DNA of 63,968 nucleotides, filler included, from Nanobdellota archaeon (GTDB taxonomy: Archaea > Nanobdellota > Nanobdellia > B33-G15): assembly GCA_003660925.1 (NCBI GenBank). It is 7 parts of 7 records of this genome, joined end to end, with 100 filler letters (N's around TTAATTAATTAA, not from the genome) between each part and the next. Parts side by side here need not be neighbours in the genome. Positions count along the whole stretch, not along the records: positions 10,363 to 20,198 come from QMVD01000022.1; positions 20,299 to 30,124 come from QMVD01000023.1; 5 more parts are not named here. One strand, given 5' to 3'. Positions 19,378 through 27,927 of the stretch are shown piece by piece. Both the position numbers and the translations under genes were made by a program. Positions within the stretch are counted from its first letter, which is position 1, and each line of letters starts with the position of its first letter. The notes under the pieces were generated by a model. That model saw nothing but the letters and a program-made list of their open reading frames with translations. It had not been told where the DNA came from and searched no databases.

Positions 19378-20170
19378 CTTTCCCCACCTCCTTCACACCT
19401 ATCAAGAGCAGGTCGGAGTGCTCCTCTCCCACCAGAATGGAATAGAAGGGTTCCCTCGCCTTGAGTAGAGTTCCTTTCCCTTTCCCGATGATTTGTCCTT
19501 TCTTCACGTAGGAGAAGTTGTGGAGGGAACATTCGAAACCACCCTCAGGCGCTCTCAGGAAGAACATCGTGCGATAGATGCGAGGATCGGACGCTTTCCC
19601 CTCTCCCTCTATCATCCCGAGGTTCACTAAGAGGTTGGATATGATCTTCCTACAGTTCTCCCTCGCGGCGTAAGACCCCTTCTTTCCCAGCTCTATCGAG
19701 ATGCCCGTCCTGCAGTGGTCTATCAGCGCCTTCCCCTTAGCGATTTCATCTCCCATCAAGACGAGCCTCTTCACCCCCGTCAATGAGGCCAACTCTAAGT
19801 GTTTCTGTCCTTCTTTCGTGCTTATGGCGAAAGGGGGAGAGAACGTGGAAGTAGAGTGTAGGTCCACCACTAAGGGACACCTCCTTACCTCTCTCACTAT
19901 CTCACGGGCCAGCCTTTCCTCATAATTCCCAAACCTGCTTCCTGGGAAGACCCTGTTTAGATCGGATTCTAAGAAGCGCTTATCGTGCTTCACTGCCAAT
20001 AGATTGGCCACTATGACCTTTACTTTCCCATCTATTCCCTCCAATCTTTCCAAGATCTTGAGCGCCGTTAATCCCTCTTTTTCATCCCCGTGCAGGCAAG
20101 TCACGATGCAGAGTTTCTTTCTCCCGCTCCCGAAGACATGTTTCTCGTACTCTGGGCCAAAAACAATCAC
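19370..20170 (-). CDS. Succinylglutamate desuccinylase/aspartoacylase (M14) family
   Basis: HGDE, DLNRVFPG, DLHS and IELG. Confidence 0.9.
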   Translation of the reverse strand: MIVFGPEYEKHVFGSGRKKLCIVTCLHGDEKEGLTALKILERLEGIDGKVKVIVANLLAVKHDKRFLESDLNRVFPGSRFGNYEERLAREIVREVRRCPLVVDLHSTSTFSPPFAISTKEGQKHLELASLTGVKRLVLMGDEIAKGKALIDHCRTGISIELGKKGSYAARENCRKIISNLLVNLGMIEGEGKASDPRIYRTMFFLRAPEGGFECSLHNFSYVKKGQIIGKGKGTLLKAREPFYSILVGEEHSDLLLIGVKEVGKDA

Positions 20171-20198
20171 CCAGTAAGAAATAGCCGAGTCTAGTCAA

Positions 20199-20298
20199 NN
20201 NNNNNNNNNNNNNNNNNNNNNNNNNNNNNNNNNNNNNNNNNNTTAATTAATTAANNNNNNNNNNNNNNNNNNNNNNNNNNNNNNNNNNNNNNNNNNNN
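20199..20298. other. Artificial contig linker
   Basis: N-run + TTAATTAATTAA + N-run. Confidence 0.99.
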
Positions 20299-21032
20299 AC
20301 TCTGTCTTCCAAGAGTTCTTTCAACCTCTCAAGGGGCTTCAAGATCTCCTTTTCCTTGATGTCCACGAACTTTTTGATCTCTTTTGCCAATTTTTTCCTC
20401 ACTTTCCTCTTCTCCTTCGCCTCTTCCTCAGCTTCCTCTGCCACTTCAGATGTTTCTTCCTCTTCCCCTTTTCCCTCTTCCTCCTTCTTACCTTTCCTCA
20501 GCTTAACTCCCCCCAATTTTCCAGCGCCAGCAGCGATGGCTGCGATGGCGAAGAAGACGAAGAAGGCGATGGCGAAGAAGTAGAGGATCCCAGCTATCTG
20601 GTGGAGACCCAAGTGGCTCAAGGCGATGGCTATCAAGAAGAAACCTAGAGAACCAAAGAAGAGTTTCCACCTTATATCTAATCCCCCAAAGCCTTCTCCC
20701 GTCCCCTTTAACAACTTAGCTATGATCCCTAAGAATATGCCACCTACCACTATCCACAGGATGTAGTTGACGTATTGTCTTGCAGTGGTTTCGGGGACTC
20801 CAACCAGGACGCCTATCAAGACCGCGACGCCCAATCCTGCTGCGATGGCATTATTTTCCGCTCCCAAGGCGGTCTTGGCGAACACCACGGTGACCACCAT
20901 GAGGGCTAAGGCCAAGGAGAAGGTGGGGTAGGCTTGGAAGAAGGATTGTAAAGAACTCATGCCAGCAGCGATTTGGGCAGAGGCAGGCAGGAGTAGAAAT
21001 AATGGACTTAATACTACTAATTTTCTCATCAC
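20299..21032 (-). CDS. Multi-pass membrane protein with charged coiled-coil tail, truncated
   Basis: About 5-6 hydrophobic helices followed by a Glu/Lys-rich segment. Confidence 0.75.
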
Positions 21033-21092
21033 TCTAAATGGGCAAATCTTTTTATTTAAAACTTTTTAAACGAACTCGTTCATCTTCTTCTC

Positions 21093-21176
21093 GCGGGGGT
21101 GGCGGAGTGGTCAAACGCGCCAGGTTCAGGGCCTGGTGGCTTAGTGCCTTCCTGGGTTCGAATCCCAGCCCCCGCA
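21093..21176 (+). tRNA. tRNA-Leu(CAG), no intron, CCA not encoded
   Basis: Acceptor stem GCGGGGG/CCCCCGC+A; anticodon arm CCAGG-TTCAGGG-CCTGG; long variable arm; T arm CTGGG-TTCGAAT-CCCAG. Confidence 0.96.
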
Positions 21177-21530
21177 TTGAGGAAGAGAAGGAAGAAACAG
21201 GAGTGGGTAAAGAAGTGGGCTCCCATGATCCTACTACTCGTCATGATATTTCCAAGCTTCATGAGCTTCACTTACAGGCAGAGGATAGCCGAGGTGACTC
21301 TGAGGTTCAGGTATTATGGTCAAGTGGGAGAGGAGAGGGTACAAACTCAGGAGAATGCCACCTTGGTGGAGATCCTCTCTAGGTACCCCCTGAGCTTCGA
21401 GAACGATACGATCTATTGTATAGGAGCTTTATGTGGTGAGTGGAAGTTCTACGCCAACGATAGGGAAGTGAACCCTTTCACCTACAGGGTAAAAAATAAA
21501 GATGTTATCCTTCTAGACTTCATCGGATGA
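21177..21530 (+). CDS. Membrane-anchored DUF4430-like (beta-grasp) protein
   Basis: TTG start, basic N-terminus plus TM helix, then NATLVEIL...WKFYAND...YRVKNKDVI. Confidence 0.65.
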   Translation: MRKRRKKQEWVKKWAPMILLLVMIFPSFMSFTYRQRIAEVTLRFRYYGQVGEERVQTQENATLVEILSRYPLSFENDTIYCIGALCGEWKFYANDREVNPFTYRVKNKDVILLDFIG

Positions 21531-21580
21531 TGAAGTGAATCCCGCCTGAGGATCACGATGAGGAGCGGGGTAGCTTCTGA
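21527..21580 (+). ncRNA. Box C/D guide sRNA
   Basis: C box ATGATGA 21527-33, guide AGTGAATCCCGC, D' CTGA 21546-49, C' ACGATGA 21555-61, guide GGAGCGGGGTAGCTT, D CTGA 21577-80. Confidence 0.85.
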
Positions 21581-22548
21581 CACTTATATATCAGGGGAAG
21601 GAGGAGAAGGGAGAGCAGGATGTATTGAGAAGGGATGGTTAAGAGGTGCAACACCAATGGGACGGAGAGCAGGGACCACTTGCTTCTCTTCACAAGGGAG
21701 AGGGACAGGAAGTAGGTGATGTAGATAGAAGAGAAGGAGAAGAGGTAGAATTCTGTCGAGGAAATGGAGATAAGTAAGGATATGAGAACGAAGAGGAAGA
21801 AGGGCTTGCTCCTGGTTATGGGCCTCGGGAGGGCGATCATTCTAGATAACTCTTGAAGAGCTTTCTCACAGGCGAAGAGGGAGGAATTCATGGAGGCGAG
21901 GACTATCGCTACGATGATGATGAAGAAGGGCAAACCCAACTCGGAGCGTAAAACCTCCTCAGAATAAGTGTGCACGAGGAAGAAATATATCACGAGGGAA
22001 AGGGCCAAAGAAGAGAGCATCACTTTCTCCTTCTTTCCCGGAAAAGCTTCTGCTACCCTTTCGAACCCCATGAACAGGACGAAGGATATGGGGAGCGCGC
22101 GGAGGAAATTGGGGTTTGGCCCCTCAAACCTCACGTGTATGGAGACGCCAGAGTACGTTAACAGAACGGAAAGAAAAAGGATGATGAAGGTGACCATAAA
22201 TCGTTCTAACTGCTTTCCCCACCCGAAGTACTGGATTACGAGCAGGGAGAGCAGTAAGAGGTTAGAGAGGAATATGGGGTTCAGGCCAAGCATCTCGTAG
22301 GCCAAGATTCCCATGTAGTGAGAGCAAGCAGCCACCCATATCACTTCCCCAGTGAAGACGAAGAAGTTGCCCCAAGGAGGAAACTCCAATCTGAGGTAAA
22401 ATATGGAAAGGAAGAGCACTAGAAAGAAGGAAAAGAACATGGCATACACGAATTGTTCACCGACCAATGAGTGGGCGTAGGGGAAGAACATGAAGAAACC
22501 TGCCCCGATGGTGGAGCCAAGTGCGTAGAGGAAAACCCTGTATTTCAT
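21553..22548 (-). CDS. APC-superfamily-like permease (divergent, short)
   Basis: GSTIGAGFF in TM1, FVLFMGFE in TM6, LASMNSSL; about 10 TM helices. Confidence 0.7.
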   Translation of the reverse strand: MKYRVFLYALGSTIGAGFFMFFPYAHSLVGEQFVYAMFFSFFLVLFLSIFYLRLEFPPWGNFFVFTGEVIWVAACSHYMGILAYEMLGLNPIFLSNLLLLSLLVIQYFGWGKQLERFMVTFIILFLSVLLTYSGVSIHVRFEGPNPNFLRALPISFVLFMGFERVAEAFPGKKEKVMLSSLALSLVIYFFLVHTYSEEVLRSELGLPFFIIIVAIVLASMNSSLFACEKALQELSRMIALPRPITRSKPFFLFVLISLLISISSTEFYLFSFSSIYITYFLSLSLVKRSKWSLLSVPLVLHLLTIPSQYILLSLLLLPLIYKCQKLPRSSS

Positions 22549-22562
22549 GTTCTTTCAATCAA

Positions 22563-23492
22563 TCACGCATTTATTAAAAATTCTAGGGCTAAGTAGAGGA
22601 CATAAGCCAAGACGAACGCGAGCCCATCCGAAAATTTTAACTCCCTCTCCGAGAGGGATATCAGTACTAACAGTGCTTCGAGGGTCAGGAGGAAGGCGAT
22701 GGAGGAAAGGTTGAGGACGCTACTCACGTGAAAAGGGGAGAACAACATGGAGACCCCGAATACGAGGGTCGCGTTGATCACTAGGGAACCAGTCAGGTCT
22801 CCCCAGAGGATGTAATCATAACCTTTCCTCTTAGCGGACATTCCCGCCATCAATTCGGGGAGGGAAGTACCAAGGGCCACAAAGGTCATGGCTATCAAGA
22901 GGTCGTCTATCTTCAAATCCATGGCCACCTGTTCCACCAAATTGGGTATTAGGAAGGAGGCCACGATGACCAGGAAAAGCATGGGAAATATGAGTAAAGA
23001 GGCCTTAACGGCTTCCCTAGCGTTCACATCTATCTCCTTCTTAAATCTCTTCTCCCTCATGACTTTAAAGAGGTAGACGAAAAAGAGGGAGAGGAGGACT
23101 AAGCCGAGGAAGAGGTGAGGGAGGTTGAAGAAAAGGAGGAAGAGAGGGATGACTGAGATAAGGATGGTGAAGATCATGTCCTTCAATAAGAGGTCGGATT
23201 TTATCTTTATGTTGCGATTGAAGATTATGATGAGCCCGAGAACGAGAGCTATGTCCAGTATGTTCGAACCTATCACTGTCCCATAGGCTATGTCTATGTG
23301 ACCGAAGTATGAAGAGGCGACGCTCACCGCGAGCTCTGGCAGGGAAGTGCCGAAGGCTATGAAGAGGAAACCTATGAAGAACTCCGGGACGTTGAAGTAA
23401 GCGGAGATGATCCTTGCAGATTCCACTAAGACTTCGCTCGACTTATATAAGATCAGGATGAGGAAGAGCAACAATCCAACTTCCAAGATCAT
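22563..23492 (-). CDS. Na+/Ca2+ antiporter (CaCA, YrbG-like)
   Basis: Two alpha repeats GTSLPEL, plus GSNILD. Confidence 0.92.
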   Translation of the reverse strand: MILEVGLLLFLILILYKSSEVLVESARIISAYFNVPEFFIGFLFIAFGTSLPELAVSVASSYFGHIDIAYGTVIGSNILDIALVLGLIIIFNRNIKIKSDLLLKDMIFTILISVIPLFLLFFNLPHLFLGLVLLSLFFVYLFKVMREKRFKKEIDVNAREAVKASLLIFPMLFLVIVASFLIPNLVEQVAMDLKIDDLLIAMTFVALGTSLPELMAGMSAKRKGYDYILWGDLTGSLVINATLVFGVSMLFSPFHVSSVLNLSSIAFLLTLEALLVLISLSERELKFSDGLAFVLAYVLYLALEFLINA

Positions 23493-23554
23493 GGAAATGG
23501 CTAGATAGTCTCTCATAAAAAACTTTATTATTCCAAAATGCTCCTTCAATAGAG

Positions 23555-24214
23555 ATGAAATATTTAGAACTCCTCAGAGAAGCTCTGATTTCCTGGAGGA
23601 AGAACCCAGAGAGCTCGATACCCTTCCTCTTGCAGAGCGTGATCATATCCATGTACCTCTTCATGTTAGGGCTTCAAGATGTGACCAACATAACTGATGA
23701 ATTCATACAGAGGGTGATGAGTTCTCTACCGTTGCTCTTCTCCTCTTTCTTCGCCGTGCTCGTCTTGTCCTCTTATTTTGAGGCTGTGGGGTTGGGGATG
23801 ATAAGGTACAAAAGGGGGATGTGGAAGTATGGGAAGAGGTTCTGGTGGAGCATTTTCCTCATTAACCTTCTTAGCCTCCTCCTCTACCTCTGCACCGCTG
23901 TTCCATTAACTTTTGTCTCCATCTCTGCGGTTCCTTTCTTGATGGCCTTAATAGCTCTCGCCCTCATGTTCTCGAAGTACATAGCAGTACATAAGAACTA
24001 TGATGCTGTGAAGAGCATGAAGAAGAGCGCGAGGCTCTTAATTAAAAAACCGAAAGTCGTCCTCTCCTCCGGCATAATTGTGTTTGCCATGGTGGCTCCC
24101 TTCACCCTCTTGAACGTCTTCTCCCCTTACCTCTTCTCCATCCTCGCGGGAGCCTTCCTCCAACCTTGGAGCGCCTACTTCCTTTTCAGCGTGTGCGAAA
24201 GGGTCGTGAGGTGA
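23555..24214 (+). CDS. Hypothetical multi-pass membrane protein
   Basis: About 6 TM helices; AVKSMKKS motif seen in DUF975-like membrane proteins. Confidence 0.7.
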   Translation: MKYLELLREALISWRKNPESSIPFLLQSVIISMYLFMLGLQDVTNITDEFIQRVMSSLPLLFSSFFAVLVLSSYFEAVGLGMIRYKRGMWKYGKRFWWSIFLINLLSLLLYLCTAVPLTFVSISAVPFLMALIALALMFSKYIAVHKNYDAVKSMKKSARLLIKKPKVVLSSGIIVFAMVAPFTLLNVFSPYLFSILAGAFLQPWSAYFLFSVCERVVR

Positions 24215-24215
24215 A

Positions 24216-24467
24216 TCAAACCTTATAGAGGTGTTTGGCCCTCCCAGGATCTATTAAGTTCAATCTGGCCAGCGCGTCCAAGAGCCCAAAGATGTAAACG
24301 TATAACTCAAAAGCTTCTAAGTACCTCTTTTTCGAGAAGAAGTAATCTGCATCCTCCTTATAAGAGTTGATGAGCTCCATCACAGAGTTCGCTTTCTCGT
24401 CCTTTATCTTCAATTCCCTTAGGGCGAGTTCCACTCTTTTCTTCTCCCTTTTCGCTAGTTCCTCCAT
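24216..24467 (-). CDS. DUF357 family protein
   Basis: SYKEDADYF...AFELYVYIFGLLDALARL. Confidence 0.8.
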   Translation of the reverse strand: MEELAKREKKRVELALRELKIKDEKANSVMELINSYKEDADYFFSKKRYLEAFELYVYIFGLLDALARLNLIDPGRAKHLYKV

Positions 24468-24514
24468 GAGAGTGGTACAGAAAAGCCCTTATAAAACGTT
24501 TACTTTATGCTCTC

Positions 24515-25114
24515 ATGGACAAGCTCACAGCATACCTCGTGAAGAAGGGTGTTTTGAAGGACGAGAGGGTGATAAGGGCCTTTGCGGAGAACCCGAGGTA
24601 TAAGTTCGTCCCTGAGAGATACAAAGACTACTGGTACGTGGATGAGCCCCTGCCCACTTTCGAGGGACAAACCATAAGCCAACCTTCAACGGTGGCCTTC
24701 ATGACCCAAGCCCTTGAGGTGGGAGAAGGGATGAAGGTATTAGAGGTAGGGGCAGGTTCTGGGTGGCAAGCAGCCATCCTCTCGAGTTTGGTGGGGAAAG
24801 GGGGAAAGGTTTACACCATAGAAAGGATCCCGAAACTCTACGAGTTCGCCAAACGAAATTTGAGGGACAAGAAGAACGTGGAAGTTATCCTAGGAGATGG
24901 GAGCAAGGGTCTCCCTAGGAAAGCCCCTTTTGACAGGATCATAGTAACTGCTGCTGCTAAGGAGGTCCCAAAGGCGTTAATAGAGCAGCTGGATGAGGAG
25001 GGGATCCTCTTGGTCCCTGTTGGGGTGGGGGTTCAAAGGATGGTGAAGGTATGGAAAAAGGGAAGGAGAGAATATTTGGGAGAATTCGTGTTCGTTCCCT
25101 TAGTGGAAGAATGA
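24515..25114 (+). CDS. pcm: Protein-L-isoaspartate O-methyltransferase
   Basis: [31 protein letters not shown] and FVFVPL. Confidence 0.95.
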   Translation: MDKLTAYLVKKGVLKDERVIRAFAENPRYKFVPERYKDYWYVDEPLPTFEGQTISQPSTVAFMTQALEVGEGMKVLEVGAGSGWQAAILSSLVGKGGKVYTIERIPKLYEFAKRNLRDKKNVEVILGDGSKGLPRKAPFDRIIVTAAAKEVPKALIEQLDEEGILLVPVGVGVQRMVKVWKKGRREYLGEFVFVPLVEE

Positions 25115-26101
25115 GCCCAAGCTCGTCTGGGTCCCCTTTCCTAACTTATTAAGGGCGTTTTCCACTCTCTCCCTCGAGAAGTCGTGCTCGTCACAGAGGA
25201 TCTTCAGAACCTCTTCCCTGTTCACCTCTCTCCTCTTGATGTCATACTCGTCCGTCACTTTCGGATTCATGAACCACTCTAAGATCTTATAAGGGTCCAC
25301 CTCGAACTCAAATTGCTTTAGGGCTCCCTTCCCGTGTTTTTTAACGAGTTCTAAAGCCCTCTTAGGTCCAATCCCTTTAATTCCCCCAGGATTGTAGTCC
25401 GTCCCCACTAAAATCCCTATCACCACCAAGCCCTCCCTATCGATCCCCAACTCCTTCAAAACCCTCTCAAGCTCTATCACCTCAGGACTTATTTCTATGA
25501 AGACATCTCTCCCAGGAAGCTTCCTTTTTCCAGTTATGTTCAAGTTTCTCACGAGCCTCGGAGAGCCAAAGAGGAGGGTGTCGTAGTCTTGGCTAGCACT
25601 GGCCCACACATCCCCTTTCCCACACATATGAGCCGCTTGCGCTTCTCCCTCGCTTGGAGCCTGAACGATGGGGATCCCCATAGCCCTCAAGAGGGCCTTC
25701 GCGTCTTCTATCATCTCATCCGTCAACCTGCTCATTTGTTGGGCGTATTTCCTGGCAGCGGAGAGGTCCCCTGCTTCTAGCGCCTCCTTGTACAACTTCT
25801 CCGCCTCCTTCTTCCTCTCCTCTCTCTGTTTGGTAATTGCTTTGAATTCTGGGGGTTTCCCGTCGAAGACATAAATAGGAAAGATGCCTTTCTCCAACAA
25901 GTTCACGTTCCTGTAGAAGATACCAGACAGGTGGGAGGTTATCCTCCCCTTTGAGTCCATCAAAGGAGTTCCATTCCTTTGCCTGATGATGGATAAGAAC
26001 TGATAAATGGCGTTATAGGCGTCCACAGCAACCTTCTTTCCTGAGAGGCCCTCTAAGGTCGTCTTTTTCCCAGAAACTATCTCCCTTATGTCAACTCCCA
26101 T
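25100..26101 (-). CDS. fen: Flap endonuclease 1
   Basis: [36 protein letters not shown] and C-terminal PIP box QTSLGSFF. Confidence 0.97.
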   Translation of the reverse strand: MGVDIREIVSGKKTTLEGLSGKKVAVDAYNAIYQFLSIIRQRNGTPLMDSKGRITSHLSGIFYRNVNLLEKGIFPIYVFDGKPPEFKAITKQREERKKEAEKLYKEALEAGDLSAARKYAQQMSRLTDEMIEDAKALLRAMGIPIVQAPSEGEAQAAHMCGKGDVWASASQDYDTLLFGSPRLVRNLNITGKRKLPGRDVFIEISPEVIELERVLKELGIDREGLVVIGILVGTDYNPGGIKGIGPKRALELVKKHGKGALKQFEFEVDPYKILEWFMNPKVTDEYDIKRREVNREEVLKILCDEHDFSRERVENALNKLGKGTQTSLGSFFH

Positions 26102-26172
26102 GGGCTCTTGTGGAGATTTCAACTTAAAATAACTATCGAAAACCATTAATTGCTCTGAAATCCCTTTAAATC

Positions 26173-27129
26173 ATGCTCAGAAGACCAGAGGTCTTGGACC
26201 CGGATTTCATGCCGGAACACGTGTTCCACAGGGAGAGGGAGATAAACACCATAAAAGGGGCCATATCTCCTCTGCTTCAAGGCAAGAGGGGAGAAAACCT
26301 CTTCATCTACGGTCCTCCCGGGGTTGGAAAGACGCTATGCGCCAAATACGTCCTCGAGCAGTTCGATTTCAGGAAGGCCTACGTCAACTGTTGGTTTCAC
26401 AGGAGCCCCTACAATTTGATGGCGGAGATCGCTAGGCAATTGGGCATCCCAATCCCCGTTAAGGGGTGGAGTTTGGAAGAAGTCGTGAAAGAGATCGTGA
26501 AGAGGAGTCCTTTTTTAGTGGTGTTGGATGAGGTGGACAAGGCGAATGAGATCAATGAAATATATCCGATTGTCGAGGGAACCAAGTCCTGTTTTGTTCT
26601 GATAACTAATTTCAAGGATTGGTTCATGGGCCTCGACCCAAGGCTTTCTTCCAGACTACATCCCACCTTCTTAGAATTCAAGCCGTATTCCTTCGAGCAG
26701 ATGTTGGACATCGTTAAGGAAAGGGTGAAGTTGGCCTTCACCCCAGGGAGTGTTGAGAAGGATGCTTTGATAGAAATCGCTAGGAGGGCGTTCTTGAGGA
26801 GGGACGTGAGGGTGGCGTTGCACTTGTTGCAGAAGGCGTCGAAGTTCGAAAGGATAGATCTAGAGAAGGTGAACGAGATCGCTGAGGAGTTCAAGAAGAA
26901 ACCTATATTGAACGACATGGAAAAGAGGATCGTGGAGTGGATCAAGGAGAACGAGGGGAAGACCACGGGCGAGCTCTACAAGAAGTTCGAAGGAGAAATG
27001 ACGGAGAGGTCGTTCAGGAACTACATAAAGAAATTGGAGAAGATGGGGGTGATAAGGACCGAGGAAACTGGAAAGGGGTTCAGGGGGAGGAGCAGAAGAA
27101 TATATTTAAGCGAACAATATGGGATATGA
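26173..27129 (+). CDS. cdc6: Cdc6/Orc1 family AAA+ ATPase
   Basis: LDPDFMP..HRERE, GPPGVGKT, YVNC, LDEVD, FKPYS, DVR and a C-terminal wHTH with GFRGRS. Confidence 0.88.
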   Translation: MLRRPEVLDPDFMPEHVFHREREINTIKGAISPLLQGKRGENLFIYGPPGVGKTLCAKYVLEQFDFRKAYVNCWFHRSPYNLMAEIARQLGIPIPVKGWSLEEVVKEIVKRSPFLVVLDEVDKANEINEIYPIVEGTKSCFVLITNFKDWFMGLDPRLSSRLHPTFLEFKPYSFEQMLDIVKERVKLAFTPGSVEKDALIEIARRAFLRRDVRVALHLLQKASKFERIDLEKVNEIAEEFKKKPILNDMEKRIVEWIKENEGKTTGELYKKFEGEMTERSFRNYIKKLEKMGVIRTEETGKGFRGRSRRIYLSEQYGI

Positions 27130-27132
27130 ACA

Positions 27133-27927
27133 ATGGTGCTTGAGTCCCTCTTAACTCCGAAGATCCTCGAAAAGAAGCCGTGGAAGGCTTTCTTCGCCTC
27201 CTTCTTCTACTCCTTCATTGGTTTTTTTCTCGCCTACTCAGTTTTCAATCCAGATGTCTCCTTGGCCATGGTTTTCCTTACCACCATGGCCTGCGTCCCT
27301 CTGTTGGTCTCCCTCCTCAAGAAGACGGAAAGGGAGGAAATCTTGTTCGGGAGGCCATTGATAAGGACCCACACTGACGTCTTGGCCACTTTCTTCTTCA
27401 TGTTCATGGGCATGTTGTCCTTCTTCACCCTTCTGGCCACCATCCTGCCCAGCGACCTCTTCGAACAGGTTTTTGAGAAGCAGATGGAGACCATAAACTA
27501 TATTGGAAGTTTGGCGGGCTCTGCTGTGAGGCACTCTCTCTTGGAAGTGATCCTGGTGAACAATTTCAAGGTCCTTTTCTTCGTCATCATCTTCTCCTTC
27601 CTTTACGGCGCTGGGGCCATCTTCATCTTGACTTGGAACGCGAGCGTCCTGGGAACCGCCATAGGGGACGCGATAAGGTCCGAGATGAGCAAGGTTGGGT
27701 TGTTACAAGCTGTCCCTTTAGCCATAGGGAGATATATGCTTCACGGGACCTTGGAAGTGGTCGCCTATTTCTTGGGAGCCATCGCTGGAGGGATCATATC
27801 TGCAGCTGTCGTGAGACACGATTATAGATCGCCTAAGTTCAAGGAGTTGCTTCGTGACTCGGTAAACTTAATAGTGGCCGCCAGTATAGTCCTAGTAGTG
27901 GCGGGCCTCTTGGAGGTGGGGCTGTGA
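27133..27927 (+). CDS. SpoIIM (DUF95)-like membrane protein
   Basis: ILVNNFKV, WNASVLG and HGTLEV. Confidence 0.82.
   Translation: MVLESLLTPKILEKKPWKAFFASFFYSFIGFFLAYSVFNPDVSLAMVFLTTMACVPLLVSLLKKTEREEILFGRPLIRTHTDVLATFFFMFMGMLSFFTLLATILPSDLFEQVFEKQMETINYIGSLAGSAVRHSLLEVILVNNFKVLFFVIIFSFLYGAGAIFILTWNASVLGTAIGDAIRSEMSKVGLLQAVPLAIGRYMLHGTLEVVAYFLGAIAGGIISAAVVRHDYRSPKFKELLRDSVNLIVAASIVLVVAGLLEVGL

Noticed and set aside
21093..21176. Reading the tRNA as Sec or a suppressor because of TTCA in the loop
   Set aside because: The 5-bp stem and 7-nt loop place CAG at positions 34-36; the acceptor stem and A discriminator fit Leu.
26102..26172. Replication origin next to cdc6
   Set aside because: Only 71 bp, with no recognisable ORB repeats or G-string; it looks like divergent promoters.
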